Shown here: in pieces, positions 9,901 through 19,656 of the stretch
Position numbering within the stretch: position 1 is the stretch's first letter
Layout of the letters: every line of letters starts with the position of its first letter
Source of the DNA: Candidatus Micrarchaeota archaeon
GTDB taxonomy: Archaea; Micrarchaeota; Micrarchaeia; Anstonellales; Bilamarchaeaceae
Length of the DNA: 64,000 nt
Reading direction: 5' to 3'
Assembly (NCBI GenBank): GCA_022627495.1
Contig: JAKEGJ010000029.1
Location: forward strand, 42,408-106,407
Translations under genes and position numbers: made by a program
The notes under the pieces: model-generated
Database searches by the model: none
Seen by the model: only the letters and a program-made list of their open reading frames with translations
What the model was told of the DNA's origin: nothing

Positions 9901-12030
9901 ATGAAAAAACTACTGGCCATGCTTTTCGTGCTATCTGCATTCGCGTTCGCCACCAATGTGAACAACGCGAATTTCCAGGGCTCGGATTCCATATGGCATT
10001 TCGACACGGACATGCAATTCACCAGCGACTTCACGCTCAGCCTCGTTTCTGGCGAGGTCGCAAGCGGCAACCCGGCCAATCTTCAGACCGGTGACGAGGT
10101 CTGCTCGGGCGCGACGCTGCGCGTCACGCCTACCGTCAGCGCGAAATGGGCGACGCCCGATTTCGCTGCCGTCGCGATTTATCCGACGTGCGGCGGAGGC
10201 TACTGCCCGGCGATGATAGCGTCAGGCGGCGCCAGCTCCAACCGCAACATCGGCTGGCTCTCAACCTCGGCCTGGAACACCCAGAAGTCCTTTGGAGACG
10301 CGAACGACTTCTCCCAGGACTCGGCGAAATACAGCGCTCTTGGCGAATCCAACTTCGCCAACCAGCCGATAACCTACAACAACGTGACCGGCGAGTTCCA
10401 CAACAACAAGGAAGGCGGCGCGGCCGTTCTCTGCAAGGGAACGTTCCAGGTCCTGGATGGCGCCACCGTGAAGGGCACGTCCGCCATGCCATCGGCCAGC
10501 AGTGTCGACTTTGCGGTCAACACGGCCGGCTCGCACGCGATATCCACGCGGCTTAGCGGAGTGGACTGCTTCGCCGCTGTGGTGAAGCATCCGCTCAACA
10601 TAGCCGACAACCCCTCCTGGTTCTGGCTCGATTACTACACCCACAACGCCCCGTCCATCCCATCCACGGTGGCGACCGACACGATAACGCTGACGGTGGG
10701 CACATCGGGCGGCGACTGCGCATTCAACTACGTGACCGGCAGCGCCGAAGCGAGCAGCTCCTTCCTTGACGAGGATATCATCATGCTCGAGGCAAGGATA
10801 CACAACACCGGCGACCCCGTGCGCATAATCGGCGTATCAAGCTCAGATGCAGGCTTCATTGCAACCCCGTTCCCTGTCGCAATCTGCAGCGCGCTTGGCT
10901 TCCCGCCATCGCTTTGCCCCGCTTCGAACGGATTCAATACGGATATCGCATCCGGCGCGAACCGGGACCTCTTCGTCCTCATACAGCGCCAAGCCGGTGC
11001 CACAGGCGGCACCGTGCTTACGTTCAACGGGCAGACCGTCGCGGCGACCTGCGGCGGCGCGTCGACGTGCAGCGACACGCTCGACATCGGAGACGACGTG
11101 GCCATTACATGCGAAGTGGACCCCGCCTCGCTTGAAGTCGACACCCTCGTGGTGGCGGAATACACCGTCGCCTGCGAGAACCTGGCCGGAGACCCGATAC
11201 CCTGCACCGGCAGCAACTGGTACTGGGCGGGCCTTGACGGCGGCTTCATTGTCCGGACAAATTCGTATGCGTGGGCGTATTCCACAGACCCGCCCGGCTC
11301 AAGCGGCACGCTCAACTACGAGTCGGGAATCGCGCACTGCCTCTCCAACGTGAACGTCACGGACGACGGGCTAGGCAGCGAATACGAATGTGAATTCCTG
11401 CCTCCGAGCGCTACCATGAACATCAGCACGTCGAGGTGGTTCGACCTGAACTGCTTCGTGAACCACACGCAGAGCGACCCGGATTCAGCCGATTACGACA
11501 CGGTGAACGGACTCGACGGCAGCACAAGCAACTCGAGCACGGACGGCACCACATACACCGCACCCGGATACGAGGACAACGGAGACCTGCAGGCGTTCTC
11601 GAGCTGGGCTGGCATGCCCGACCCGATGGTGGGCATCGTGACGCTCGCCCCGATAAACGTGATAAACGGGAGCGGCAACAACACGAACAATACGAATGAC
11701 ACAAACGATACGCCAGACAATCCGGACAACCCCGGCTCAAGCAAGTGGTGCACGATAGGCACAAGCTCACTGAGCGTCTTCCCGGGCGCAAGCGGCTGGG
11801 TCGGAATCATGTGCGGCCCGCCCACCAACCTGACGACGTGCACGGAAGTCGTATGGACTACCGAAGGCGGCATCGTGCTTTCCGCCTCGGACATCTTCGG
11901 CACCGGATACACGATTAACGGGGAGCCGCATACCGGCGGCAGGATAATAGCCGTCGTGGACGGCATACCCGGGCACGTGTGCTGGCTGGGCTTCTACATA
12001 GCGGAGCCCGAGTGCTGGGAATACACGTAG
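9901..12030 (+). CDS. Secreted Cys-rich, Ig-like multidomain surface glycoprotein
   Basis: Classical signal peptide MKKLLAMLFVLSAFAFA. Many Cys, N-x-S/T sequons and an NNTNNTNDTNDT linker. True start taken as 9901, not 9577. Confidence 0.75.
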   Translation: MKKLLAMLFVLSAFAFATNVNNANFQGSDSIWHFDTDMQFTSDFTLSLVSGEVASGNPANLQTGDEVCSGATLRVTPTVSAKWATPDFAAVAIYPTCGGGYCPAMIASGGASSNRNIGWLSTSAWNTQKSFGDANDFSQDSAKYSALGESNFANQPITYNNVTGEFHNNKEGGAAVLCKGTFQVLDGATVKGTSAMPSASSVDFAVNTAGSHAISTRLSGVDCFAAVVKHPLNIADNPSWFWLDYYTHNAPSIPSTVATDTITLTVGTSGGDCAFNYVTGSAEASSSFLDEDIIMLEARIHNTGDPVRIIGVSSSDAGFIATPFPVAICSALGFPPSLCPASNGFNTDIASGANRDLFVLIQRQAGATGGTVLTFNGQTVAATCGGASTCSDTLDIGDDVAITCEVDPASLEVDTLVVAEYTVACENLAGDPIPCTGSNWYWAGLDGGFIVRTNSYAWAYSTDPPGSSGTLNYESGIAHCLSNVNVTDDGLGSEYECEFLPPSATMNISTSRWFDLNCFVNHTQSDPDSADYDTVNGLDGSTSNSSTDGTTYTAPGYEDNGDLQAFSSWAGMPDPMVGIVTLAPINVINGSGNNTNNTNDTNDTPDNPDNPGSSKWCTIGTSSLSVFPGASGWVGIMCGPPTNLTTCTEVVWTTEGGIVLSASDIFGTGYTINGEPHTGGRIIAVVDGIPGHVCWLGFYIAEPECWEYT

Positions 12031-12227
12031 CTCCCGGCAATTCTCTTTTTTCCCATTTTTCCCTAACCCGAGTTCGCCTGCTACGGCAGAAGAATTGCCC
12101 GACCTGCCGATGGGGCATCAGAATTGCCGAAGACGACATCTCTTTTGATTGCCGGGGGATGGCGACGTGTTGCCGGAGAAAGTGCAGTGGCGAAATTTGG
12201 CCTCAAACCCCCGGCCCTGCCCCCAAA

Positions 12228-13532
12228 TTAAGCCGAATAAGTTTCGAGCACCCTCGGGATAATGACTTCGAAATCGCGCTCGAGGGCCTCTTTCAAATCG
12301 CCCTTTTCGCCGTGCATCAGGAAAATCCTCCTAAGGCCCTTTATCGATTTCGCGAACTGCACTAGCTCGTTGAAATCCGCATGGCCCGTCAGCCTCACGC
12401 TTTCCACCCGGCATCCTATCCGTATCTCCCGCTCGTCTCTCGTCTTCAGCGTCTTGCCCCCGGCTATAACCTGGCTTCCGGGAGTCCCTTCTGCCTGGTA
12501 GCCCACGAATATCAGCGAGTTCCGCGGGTCGTTGCCCAGTTTCTCAAGGTAGAACAGAACCGGCCCCCCTGTCAGCATGCCCGATGTTGTGACAATGATG
12601 CAGGGCTCCTTGAGGACGTCTTCCCTCGTCTTGGTGCGGGGGTGGTGGAAATTCGGGCTTTTAAACGGATCATCCTCGCTCATCAGTATGCGCCGCTTTA
12701 TGTCGTCATTCGCGTAGATGGCGTTGTGGCGGTAGATTTTCATCGCCTTGTCTATCATCCCGTCGATGAATATCTTGGTCGGCGGGAGCGCCCCGGAGCG
12801 CATGTAGTCGTCAAGGGCGAGGAGGACCTCCTGCGCCCTTCCGACTGCGAAACTCGGGATAATCACGTGGCCGCCCCGATTCAGCGTGTCGTTGATTATC
12901 CCTATCATCTTCTGGTAGCTGTCCTTGTAGCTCGGAACGATGTCGGTTTTCGCGCCATAGGTGCTTTCCATGATTAGGGTGTCTGCTAGGAGGCCCCGCT
13001 CGCAGGGGTCCAGGACGCGCGTCTTGCGCATGCAGATGTCGCCGGAGAAGAGAACCCTGCGGCCCTCGCTCTCGACCATGGTCATCGCGCTTCCCATGAT
13101 GTGGCCCGCGGAGAAGAACGTCGTGCGGAATCCTGCGTCGAAGGGTTCCCGGTACTCCACCATCACCGAATCCTTCATCACCCCGTCCACGTCCTTGGAC
13201 GAGAACAGCTTCCGCTGCTCCCTCTCCCCGTGGTGGATGCGGTAGTAGTCGGCGAGCAGGACGCCCATCAGGTCGCGCGTGGGCTTCGTCAGGAATATCC
13301 TCGGCCTTGCCTTCTTGGAATAGACGTGAGGAAGGTACCCGCTGTGGTCGAGATGCGCATGCGACACTGTTATGTTGTTTATCCTTTTCAGCTCATCCTC
13401 GTGCAGGAGGGGGTACTCCGTCTTCTCGCCCAGCTTGATGCCGCAGTCGAGAAGGAGGTTCCGGTCCCCCAGATCCAGCAGCGTGCTCGCACGCCCGACT
13501 TCCTGCGCCCCGCCATAGAATGTTATCCTCAT
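12228..13532 (-). CDS. Beta-CASP metallo-beta-lactamase ribonuclease (aCPSF-like, no KH domains)
   Basis: GGAQEVGRAS, LDCG, SHAHLDHSG, AGHIMGS, SGD, ESTYG, GHAD and HGE motifs. Confidence 0.92.
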   Translation of the reverse strand: MRITFYGGAQEVGRASTLLDLGDRNLLLDCGIKLGEKTEYPLLHEDELKRINNITVSHAHLDHSGYLPHVYSKKARPRIFLTKPTRDLMGVLLADYYRIHHGEREQRKLFSSKDVDGVMKDSVMVEYREPFDAGFRTTFFSAGHIMGSAMTMVESEGRRVLFSGDICMRKTRVLDPCERGLLADTLIMESTYGAKTDIVPSYKDSYQKMIGIINDTLNRGGHVIIPSFAVGRAQEVLLALDDYMRSGALPPTKIFIDGMIDKAMKIYRHNAIYANDDIKRRILMSEDDPFKSPNFHHPRTKTREDVLKEPCIIVTTSGMLTGGPVLFYLEKLGNDPRNSLIFVGYQAEGTPGSQVIAGGKTLKTRDEREIRIGCRVESVRLTGHADFNELVQFAKSIKGLRRIFLMHGEKGDLKEALERDFEVIIPRVLETYSA

Positions 13533-13578
13533 GCAATCACTGCCTTCCATCAGTCCAATGCCGCAAAACCGCGGTACG

Positions 13579-13902
13579 CTAAACCATCCCGAGCTTGATT
13601 TTCGCCCGCTCGGACATCCTGTCAGGGCTCCAGGGCGGGTCGAAGACCACCGAGACTTCGATGTCCAGGTCCTTGAACTCGTCGAGTCTCGCCGTGATAT
13701 CCTCCAATATGTCGCTAATCAGCGGGCAGGCGGGCGTGGTGAAGGTGATTTTGATGAAAACCTTCTGCAATCCGCCCTTTTCCTTTCCTCGGATGTCTAT
13801 GTCGTAGACCAGCCCAAGGTCGACGATGTTGATGCCCAGTTCCGGGTCGGTGACGAGGCTCATCTTCTCCAGTATCTCCTTTTTCGTCACCATGAAGGCC
13901 AT
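13579..13902 (-). CDS. DUF59/SufT metal-sulfur cluster assembly factor
   Basis: DPELGINIVDLGLVY, TTPACP and FDPPWS motifs. Confidence 0.92.
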   Translation of the reverse strand: MAFMVTKKEILEKMSLVTDPELGINIVDLGLVYDIDIRGKEKGGLQKVFIKITFTTPACPLISDILEDITARLDEFKDLDIEVSVVFDPPWSPDRMSERAKIKLGMV

Positions 13903-13958
13903 TAGTGCGGGGAAAGATTATTTAATTTTGGGAGGATAATCACTCCGGGTGGTACCTG

Positions 13959-14351
13959 ATGAAAGAGATTACAGTGGTAGCCGGGAATGACGTCGGTTCG
14001 CTTGCGCAGGTTGCCGAGACGCTCGGCTCCGTTGGCGTGAACATCGAGGCGATTTCCGCATACGGCCAAGACGGCAAGGCGGTTTTCAGGGTTATTACGA
14101 ACGACGCCGCCACCGCTGTGAAGGCGCTGTCCAAGATTCCAGGCGTCCAGGTGAGGGAGGCCGACACCATCGTATACAAGATGATAAACAGGCCGGGCGA
14201 ACTGGGCAAAATCACCAGGAAACTGGCCAACCGCGGCGTGAACCTGGAAAGCCTCTACATCGTGAGCAGGAAACAGGACTTCACGGAAGTCGCAATCCGC
14301 CCTCTCGAGCGGGACTTCGAGAAAACGCGGGAGGTCCTCGGCATAAAATAG
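13959..14351 (+). CDS. Tandem ACT-domain protein
   Basis: NDVGSLAQV...GVNIE and NRPGELGKI...GVNLE repeats. Confidence 0.85.
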   Translation: MKEITVVAGNDVGSLAQVAETLGSVGVNIEAISAYGQDGKAVFRVITNDAATAVKALSKIPGVQVREADTIVYKMINRPGELGKITRKLANRGVNLESLYIVSRKQDFTEVAIRPLERDFEKTREVLGIK

Positions 14352-14375
14352 CGCAAGCAGCGCAGAAACCAGTAT

Positions 14376-14440
14376 TTTTATAAAATATGGAATAATCCGG
14401 GGGCGGGTTGCGCCCGCTCCCCATCCGGATTTTTATAAAA
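14376..14440. terminator. Imperfect inverted repeat between convergent genes, possible bidirectional terminator
   Basis: TTTTATAAAA...ATCCGG-GGGGCGGG..CCCGCTCCCC-ATCCGGAT-TTTTATAAAA. Confidence 0.4.
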
Positions 14441-14464
14441 TTGAAGATATAATAAAAAAAAGAA

Positions 14465-15163
14465 TCAATCCACGCTTACCGTGGATTGCGAATTCTCCGC
14501 CCCGGCCGTTATCGGCCGAATTGAGACGTCCCTGCCCTCGGCAGTCGTAAACGTGGTCCATGCGCCGACCGGGCACAGCTTGTTGGCTTCGACCTCTGCA
14601 CCCCCGCAGGTTATCCTGAAGCGGGCGTTCAGTCCGCTGATGCCAAGGAACTCGAATCCATAGCCGCCGACGCTTTTCGGCTCCCCGACGCTGAACAGGT
14701 CGGTGAGCGACTCATCCGCTCCAGCAAGGCCTTCCGTGCAAAGGAGGGGGCCCGCATCCGCGCCGCCGTCGCTTCCGCCGTCGAGGTCCGTGTCAGTCCC
14801 TGAATCGGTGGTTGTTTCGGTATCGGTGCCGGAATCGGTCGAGGTATCGGTGTCGGTTCCGCTGTCAGTGCTCGTGTCGCTGTCGGTCGTGGTGTCGCTG
14901 TCCGTGCTCGCGTCGGTGCAGCCGCCGTCTGCCGTGCATCCCGAGGCTTGCGGAAGCCCCTTGCTATCCTCGGTGCAGCTTGCGAGGCTCGCACCAGCAA
15001 GCGCGGAGATGACCGCAAGGCCTGCAATCATGCCCTTCATGGTCCTGAATCGTGATGCGCCGCCTTTCGATTCCTCTGCCTGCGCTTCCGCGCCTTCTTT
15101 CTGCTCAGCCGCGCCCTTGCGCGCCTGGGTTTTAGATATGACTTCATTTGGGTTCGATGCCAT
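14465..15163 (-). CDS. Lipoprotein-like orphan with an Asp/Thr/Ser low-complexity repeat
   Basis: Hydrophobic segment ending in lipobox-like LASC, then a (TDSGTDTD)n tract and DGGSDGGADAG. Confidence 0.7.
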   Translation of the reverse strand: MASNPNEVISKTQARKGAAEQKEGAEAQAEESKGGASRFRTMKGMIAGLAVISALAGASLASCTEDSKGLPQASGCTADGGCTDASTDSDTTTDSDTSTDSGTDTDTSTDSGTDTETTTDSGTDTDLDGGSDGGADAGPLLCTEGLAGADESLTDLFSVGEPKSVGGYGFEFLGISGLNARFRITCGGAEVEANKLCPVGAWTTFTTAEGRDVSIRPITAGAENSQSTVSVD

Positions 15164-15297
15164 TCAACAATCACCCTCCCGTGATGGTTCTTAGACCTTT
15201 TATTGTAGCCAACCATTTATAAATATTCACTTTCTCCCACAAGTTTCGCCACGCAGCCATCAGAAAGGCTTATATGCCGCGCGCACGTGAGCTATCC

Positions 15298-15687
15298 ATG
15301 GCGCCACGGCAGGTCATCCTCGACACGAACTTCCTGTTCCTGCCCTTCCAGTTCAAAATCGACATCCTGCGCGAGCTGGACTACCTAATAGAGCCGAGCC
15401 ACCGGTATGTCATATCTTCTAAGACCATATCCGAGCTGAAGAAAATCGGGAAGAAAATCGGCAAGGACGGAATGGCCGCGCGCCTCGCGCTGAAGCTGGT
15501 GGAGGCAAACAGGAGCCAAATCGACATCGTGGAGAGCTCCCAGCATGTCGATGACTGGATTGTCGAATACTCGAAAGCCAACCGTGCCATCGCCTGCACC
15601 AACGACAGCGACCTGCGCAAACGGCTCCGGGCGCTCGATATTAAAGTTGTAACGATGAAATCGAAATCTAAACTGGGGTTCGTATGA
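15298..15687 (+). CDS. PIN-domain protein, Fcf1/Utp24-like
   Basis: VILDTNFL, EL, VDDWI and CTNDSDLRKRL motifs. Confidence 0.88.
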   Translation: MAPRQVILDTNFLFLPFQFKIDILRELDYLIEPSHRYVISSKTISELKKIGKKIGKDGMAARLALKLVEANRSQIDIVESSQHVDDWIVEYSKANRAIACTNDSDLRKRLRALDIKVVTMKSKSKLGFV

Positions 15688-16010
15688 GCGAAGACGACAT
15701 CCTCGTCATGGGCTGCGCAGGCATCCTTATTCTTGCCGCCATAGGCGTCATCGCATTCGTCATCATGGGCATGAAGGCGTACAGCTTTGAGAAGCGCAAG
15801 GAAGGCGCCAATACGTGCCTGACCGTCATCGCAAAGCGCAACCTCTCCAAGGTCACGGTGCAGGCCCGCTTCGGCAATGAGGAGATAAAGTTCGAAAGAA
15901 AAAGGATACGGAAGGGGCAGAGCGTCGAATTCGTCTATCCCGCTTCCGACAAATCCGCCAGGCTGACTGTGGAAACCGAGACCGGAAGCCCCCACAGCGT
16001 GGAAGTCTGA
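15684..16010 (+). CDS. Small membrane-anchored hypothetical protein
   Basis: N-terminal TM helix. Overlaps the PIN stop by 4 nt. Confidence 0.7.
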   Translation: MSEDDILVMGCAGILILAAIGVIAFVIMGMKAYSFEKRKEGANTCLTVIAKRNLSKVTVQARFGNEEIKFERKRIRKGQSVEFVYPASDKSARLTVETETGSPHSVEV

Positions 16011-16033
16011 TGGCAGGGGGGGCCGCCGGCTGA

Positions 16034-16900
16034 TTAAGACGGCGGCGGGATTTTGCTGTGCTCGGGCCCCTTGGGGCCGCCCTTCTTCTTTCCGCCAAAT
16101 AGCTTCTTGTAGGCGAACCATAGGATTCCCGCGACTATCGCAATCGGGAGCAGGAACCCGGCCCCGACAACAATCAGGCTTATTGCAGCCGCCACGGCTG
16201 TGAAGAACCACTGTCCCAGGCTCTCGAGGGGGAGGGTCAACTGCGTGCTCGCAGGCTTCTCCTCGTACACGGTTATCGCTATCGCCGAGCGCTCGACCTT
16301 CGAGACCAGGTACTGCTTCTCGCCCTTAAGGAGCTCAAGCTCCGTTTCGACGCGGGACACCTCGCGCTCAACTGACAGCAGGTCGCTCACGTTGTCGCTC
16401 TTGTCATAAAGGCTGTATAGCCTTTCGAGCTCGACCTCCTTGTTCTTTATGCGGGTATCGAGGTCGGTATAAAGCTTGGTGACGTCTTCGAGGCGCACGG
16501 ACATGTCCTTGACCTCGCCGGCCTGCTGGAGCATGGCGCTGATGCTTTCGAATTTCGACGGCGGCACCAGCACGGTCAGGGTATACTGCTTGCGGTTGGA
16601 GTACTCGTTGTACACTATGTTGCTCGTATCGGCGCCCTGCGCCCGCAAATCGTCCTTCAAGGTCTCGAATTTCGCCTGGAGCGTCCCTTCCGGGACCTTT
16701 AACGTGATGGAGCCTTCCTTCGTGACGTACGTGCCGTCCGATGCCTGCTGGCCATAATCCACGGCATTATATGCCGGCGCCAGAGCTTCCCGGGATGTCC
16801 CGGTCCCCCCGTACATGGGCATGCTTTCATCCCCCATCATCCCCAGGCATCCAAACATCAGAACGAAAGACAGCAGACCGAAAACCGCAAGCTTATCCAT
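16034..16900 (-). CDS. DUF4349-like coiled-coil membrane lipoprotein
   Basis: FGC lipobox, EDVT..YTDLDTR, LLSVERE..RVETELE and a C-terminal TM segment. Confidence 0.8.
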   Translation of the reverse strand: MDKLAVFGLLSFVLMFGCLGMMGDESMPMYGGTGTSREALAPAYNAVDYGQQASDGTYVTKEGSITLKVPEGTLQAKFETLKDDLRAQGADTSNIVYNEYSNRKQYTLTVLVPPSKFESISAMLQQAGEVKDMSVRLEDVTKLYTDLDTRIKNKEVELERLYSLYDKSDNVSDLLSVEREVSRVETELELLKGEKQYLVSKVERSAIAITVYEEKPASTQLTLPLESLGQWFFTAVAAAISLIVVGAGFLLPIAIVAGILWFAYKKLFGGKKKGGPKGPEHSKIPPPS

Positions 16901-17028
16901 ACCATCACCGCAGTCAAATCCCGCTTAACAATTAAACCGCTTCGCTTTTCCTTAGCCCATAGCCGCACTATGCGCCCTTGCCGAATCCGTACCGCAATCG
17001 ATTTAATCCATGCCTGCAAATCCGCTTC

Positions 17029-17973
17029 ATGCTCCTCCTGTACCGAGGCGAGGTTTTCAATGCCAACTTCTTCCACAACGCGGGAATCGACATCGACCAC
17101 AGCTTCCTCCTTGCTGGCGGGGGGCAGAAGACCCTCCTCGTCTCGATGATGAACGAGGCGCTGGCCCGGGCGAAGTTCCGGGGCCGTGTCGCGGTGTATG
17201 CGGATGCGATGAAAGCGCTTTCGGGCCGGCTCCGGGGCCGCACAGTGAAGTTCGATGCGTCTTCGATGAGCTGCCGCATGGCGGCGCATATCCGGAAATT
17301 CTGCAGGATGGAGGACTATTCGCAGGAGCTCCTAACCGCCCGGGCGGTTAAGACCCCCGCCGAAGCCGCGCATGTGCGGAGGGCTGTGCGGGAGACGAAG
17401 GGCATCTTCGCCTCGATAGACTGGAAGGCGGCCCGCACCGAGGAGGACTTGCAGAAGCAGCTGCTCATGATGACCCTTGAGCGCGGCCTGGAGCCTGCAT
17501 TCGCGCCCATCGTCTCGACCGACGCAAACACGGCCTACCCCCACTATGCCGCAGGCGCAAAAAAGCTCGGCTCTCTGGTGCTTGTCGACTACGGCGTCCG
17601 CTACCGGCATTACTGCGCGGACCTGACAAGGTGCTTCATACGCGACGGCGACCGGAAGAAGAAAGAGCAGTATGAAAGGCTGCAGGACATCTGTTATTTC
17701 CTGGCGGACGCCCTTCCGGGCCTTGAGCGCGGGAAAGACGCGGCCGCGCTTGCGGGCGAACTGATTGCGCAGGCCGGCTTTCCTAAGATGCCCCATGCGA
17801 TTGGCCATGGCGTCGGGCTGGACATCCACGAGTTCCCGAGGCTCGGCCCGAAGTCCGATGATTTGCTTGCAGGGGCGACGCTGGCAATCGAGCCTTCGTT
17901 CTACCTGAAAAGGTACGGCATGCGATATGAGGAGACCGTCTGGTTCGATGGTAAACGGGCCCGCATACTCTGA
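17029..17973 (+). CDS. Xaa-Pro aminopeptidase (M24)
   Basis: PHY, VDYG, CADLTR, HAIGHGVGLDIHE, IEP and GMRYEE motifs. Confidence 0.9.
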   Translation: MLLLYRGEVFNANFFHNAGIDIDHSFLLAGGGQKTLLVSMMNEALARAKFRGRVAVYADAMKALSGRLRGRTVKFDASSMSCRMAAHIRKFCRMEDYSQELLTARAVKTPAEAAHVRRAVRETKGIFASIDWKAARTEEDLQKQLLMMTLERGLEPAFAPIVSTDANTAYPHYAAGAKKLGSLVLVDYGVRYRHYCADLTRCFIRDGDRKKKEQYERLQDICYFLADALPGLERGKDAAALAGELIAQAGFPKMPHAIGHGVGLDIHEFPRLGPKSDDLLAGATLAIEPSFYLKRYGMRYEETVWFDGKRARIL

Positions 17974-17977
17974 GCCC

Positions 17978-18445
17978 TCAGATTTCCACGAATCCATCCG
18001 CGCTCTGGTAGAGCCCCTTGCCCTCCTTCCTCTTCACGACATTCACCGCCTTGCCGACAAAAACCGTGTGGTCCCCGGCCTCTATTTCCTGCACAACATC
18101 GCACTCGATGCCGGCCAGGCACTCGCGGATGAGCGGCACGTTGGCGCCTTGTTCCTTCGTGAGGCCCGCATCAAGGAACTTGTCAATGCCATCCCTGCCG
18201 CTGATCGTCCCGCAGGCCTTCACCGCCTGCAGCAGTTCCGGGCCGGGCAGGTTGATTCCGAACGCCCTGCCCCCCCTTATCATGCCGTGGCTGTGCCTTT
18301 TCGGGGAGACCGAGACGCCGAATAATGGCGGGTCCATCGACATGGGGAATACCCACGATGCACTCATCACATTGTCCTTCCCATTAAGCCTGCTGGTAAT
18401 CAGGCACACCCGGGCCGGATAGAGCATGCGATATAAGCGTTCCAT
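17978..18445 (-). CDS. Flavin reductase-like protein
   Basis: NVMSASW, SMDPPL and GDHTVFVG motifs. Confidence 0.9.
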   Translation of the reverse strand: MERLYRMLYPARVCLITSRLNGKDNVMSASWVFPMSMDPPLFGVSVSPKRHSHGMIRGGRAFGINLPGPELLQAVKACGTISGRDGIDKFLDAGLTKEQGANVPLIRECLAGIECDVVQEIEAGDHTVFVGKAVNVVKRKEGKGLYQSADGFVEI

Positions 18446-18472
18446 GCTTCCTTTTCATCCTCTGCCTTAAAA

Positions 18473-18543
18473 AAAAAGCATGATGCAGGAGCGCTTGAGC
18501 CTGGGTTCAAGGCTCCCGCAATTTCTTCGAAATTGCAGGAGGA
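18473..18543. repeat. Distal att-like copies of the tRNA-Leu 3' end, embedded in hairpins
   Basis: AAAAAGCATGATGCAGGAG matches AAAAAG-ATGATGCAGGAG at 45001-45018. A second copy TGCAGGAGGAA lies at ~18533-18543. Coincides with the composition shift. Confidence 0.6.
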
Positions 18544-18613
18544 ACGGCCTCTGAGCTGATCTGAGGTCTGAATTGTTTCTTGATTCTGTAATGATGATCC
18601 TTCCATCAGAATA

Positions 18614-19012
18614 TCAAATTTTCAAAGTATCCTTCACCATCGCGATGAAATGCTCCGTCTGTTCAATGTATATCTGCGCATCTTCGTAAGAGAATGCTTT
18701 CTTCCCATAATCAGCCCCGCTTTTATCCCTCATCGCATTAGCTATCAATGCCTTGAAGCCATCCGCTCCTTGCGGGAGCTTGCCTTCCCTTGCGATCTTC
18801 ATGAATACGATTGCCGCATCGTCGTGGCGAGTCGATTTGTGGCCGAGGAATTTCAGGGAAAGCGCGTCATTTGCACGGATTATCGAATGGATCGCCTGGG
18901 CGCAGCAGACATTGGCCCGTGCGTCATCCCCCTCCGCATCAATTAATCCCTGCTTGGCCGAGACTAGCCAGCTCTCAGCTTCCCGTAACGCTCGTATCGG
19001 CGAGTCCGTCAT
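18614..19012 (-). CDS. HEPN-domain protein (toxin of a HEPN-MNT pair)
   Basis: Helical HEPN pattern AESWL..A, AQAIHSIIRANDAL, H, R....ADY, A....E. Overlaps the MNT stop. Confidence 0.8.
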   Translation of the reverse strand: MTDSPIRALREAESWLVSAKQGLIDAEGDDARANVCCAQAIHSIIRANDALSLKFLGHKSTRHDDAAIVFMKIAREGKLPQGADGFKALIANAMRDKSGADYGKKAFSYEDAQIYIEQTEHFIAMVKDTLKI

Positions 19013-19551
19013 TTCAATCTCTCCCCTTTCTTATCTGCCATGAAGTCTTCGAGTTCTTTTCTGTCTAGGAACGTGATCGGCACGATCTTGGTCCCGAACT
19101 TCTCAAACACCTCGAACACAATGCTGTTCGCATCATACCCTTTCATCACAAGCAGAGCGATATCGATATCGCTCATCGGCTTCTCTTTCCCTGTAGCCAC
19201 GCTCCCGAACAGATAAGCCTCTTTTACGCTGCTTTCTTTGGCAAGCAGGTCCCGAAGTGCCCGGACTGTGAATGCCTGAGGGCTCATGCTTATCTTCAAG
19301 AGGGAGAGGACCGAATCCAGATATTCAGATTTATGGAGCTTGATCGTCACACTCTTCCCGACCTTTCCGGTCTCGATGATGCCTGCAGGCTCCCATTTCC
19401 GGACCAATCGCCATGCCGAGGCGAAAGGAACTCCGGCCTCTTTCGCAAGCTCGTTTATCGTGAACTGCCGCTTGGGGTACTTCACCAGCGTTTCAAGGAG
19501 CTTCCGGGAGCCCTTGTATTTGATCAGTTGTATCGCTTCCATTCGAATCAC
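19009..19551 (-). CDS. wHTH-fused minimal nucleotidyltransferase (MNT antitoxin)
   Basis: N-terminal HTH FTINELAKEAGVPFASAWR and LFGSVATG...SDIDI. Confidence 0.88.
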   Translation of the reverse strand: MIRMEAIQLIKYKGSRKLLETLVKYPKRQFTINELAKEAGVPFASAWRLVRKWEPAGIIETGKVGKSVTIKLHKSEYLDSVLSLLKISMSPQAFTVRALRDLLAKESSVKEAYLFGSVATGKEKPMSDIDIALLVMKGYDANSIVFEVFEKFGTKIVPITFLDRKELEDFMADKKGERLK

Positions 19552-19656
19552 TTATCCAAAAGTGAATAATATAATCCATATGTGGATATAAACCCTCCTG
19601 GCGGTGCAATGTTCACACCAGTACGAATATAAATATGTGTTAGCAAATAACCTTTT

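Noticed and set aside
12031-12227. Repeated (A)ATTGCCG/CGGCAAT motifs in a convergent intergenic gap
   Set aside because: Short and irregular; probably terminator-region palindromes, with too little support for an ncRNA call.
14780-14915. Tandem repeats as a possible CRISPR array
   Set aside because: In-frame coding repeat of a Thr/Asp/Ser linker with no unique spacers.
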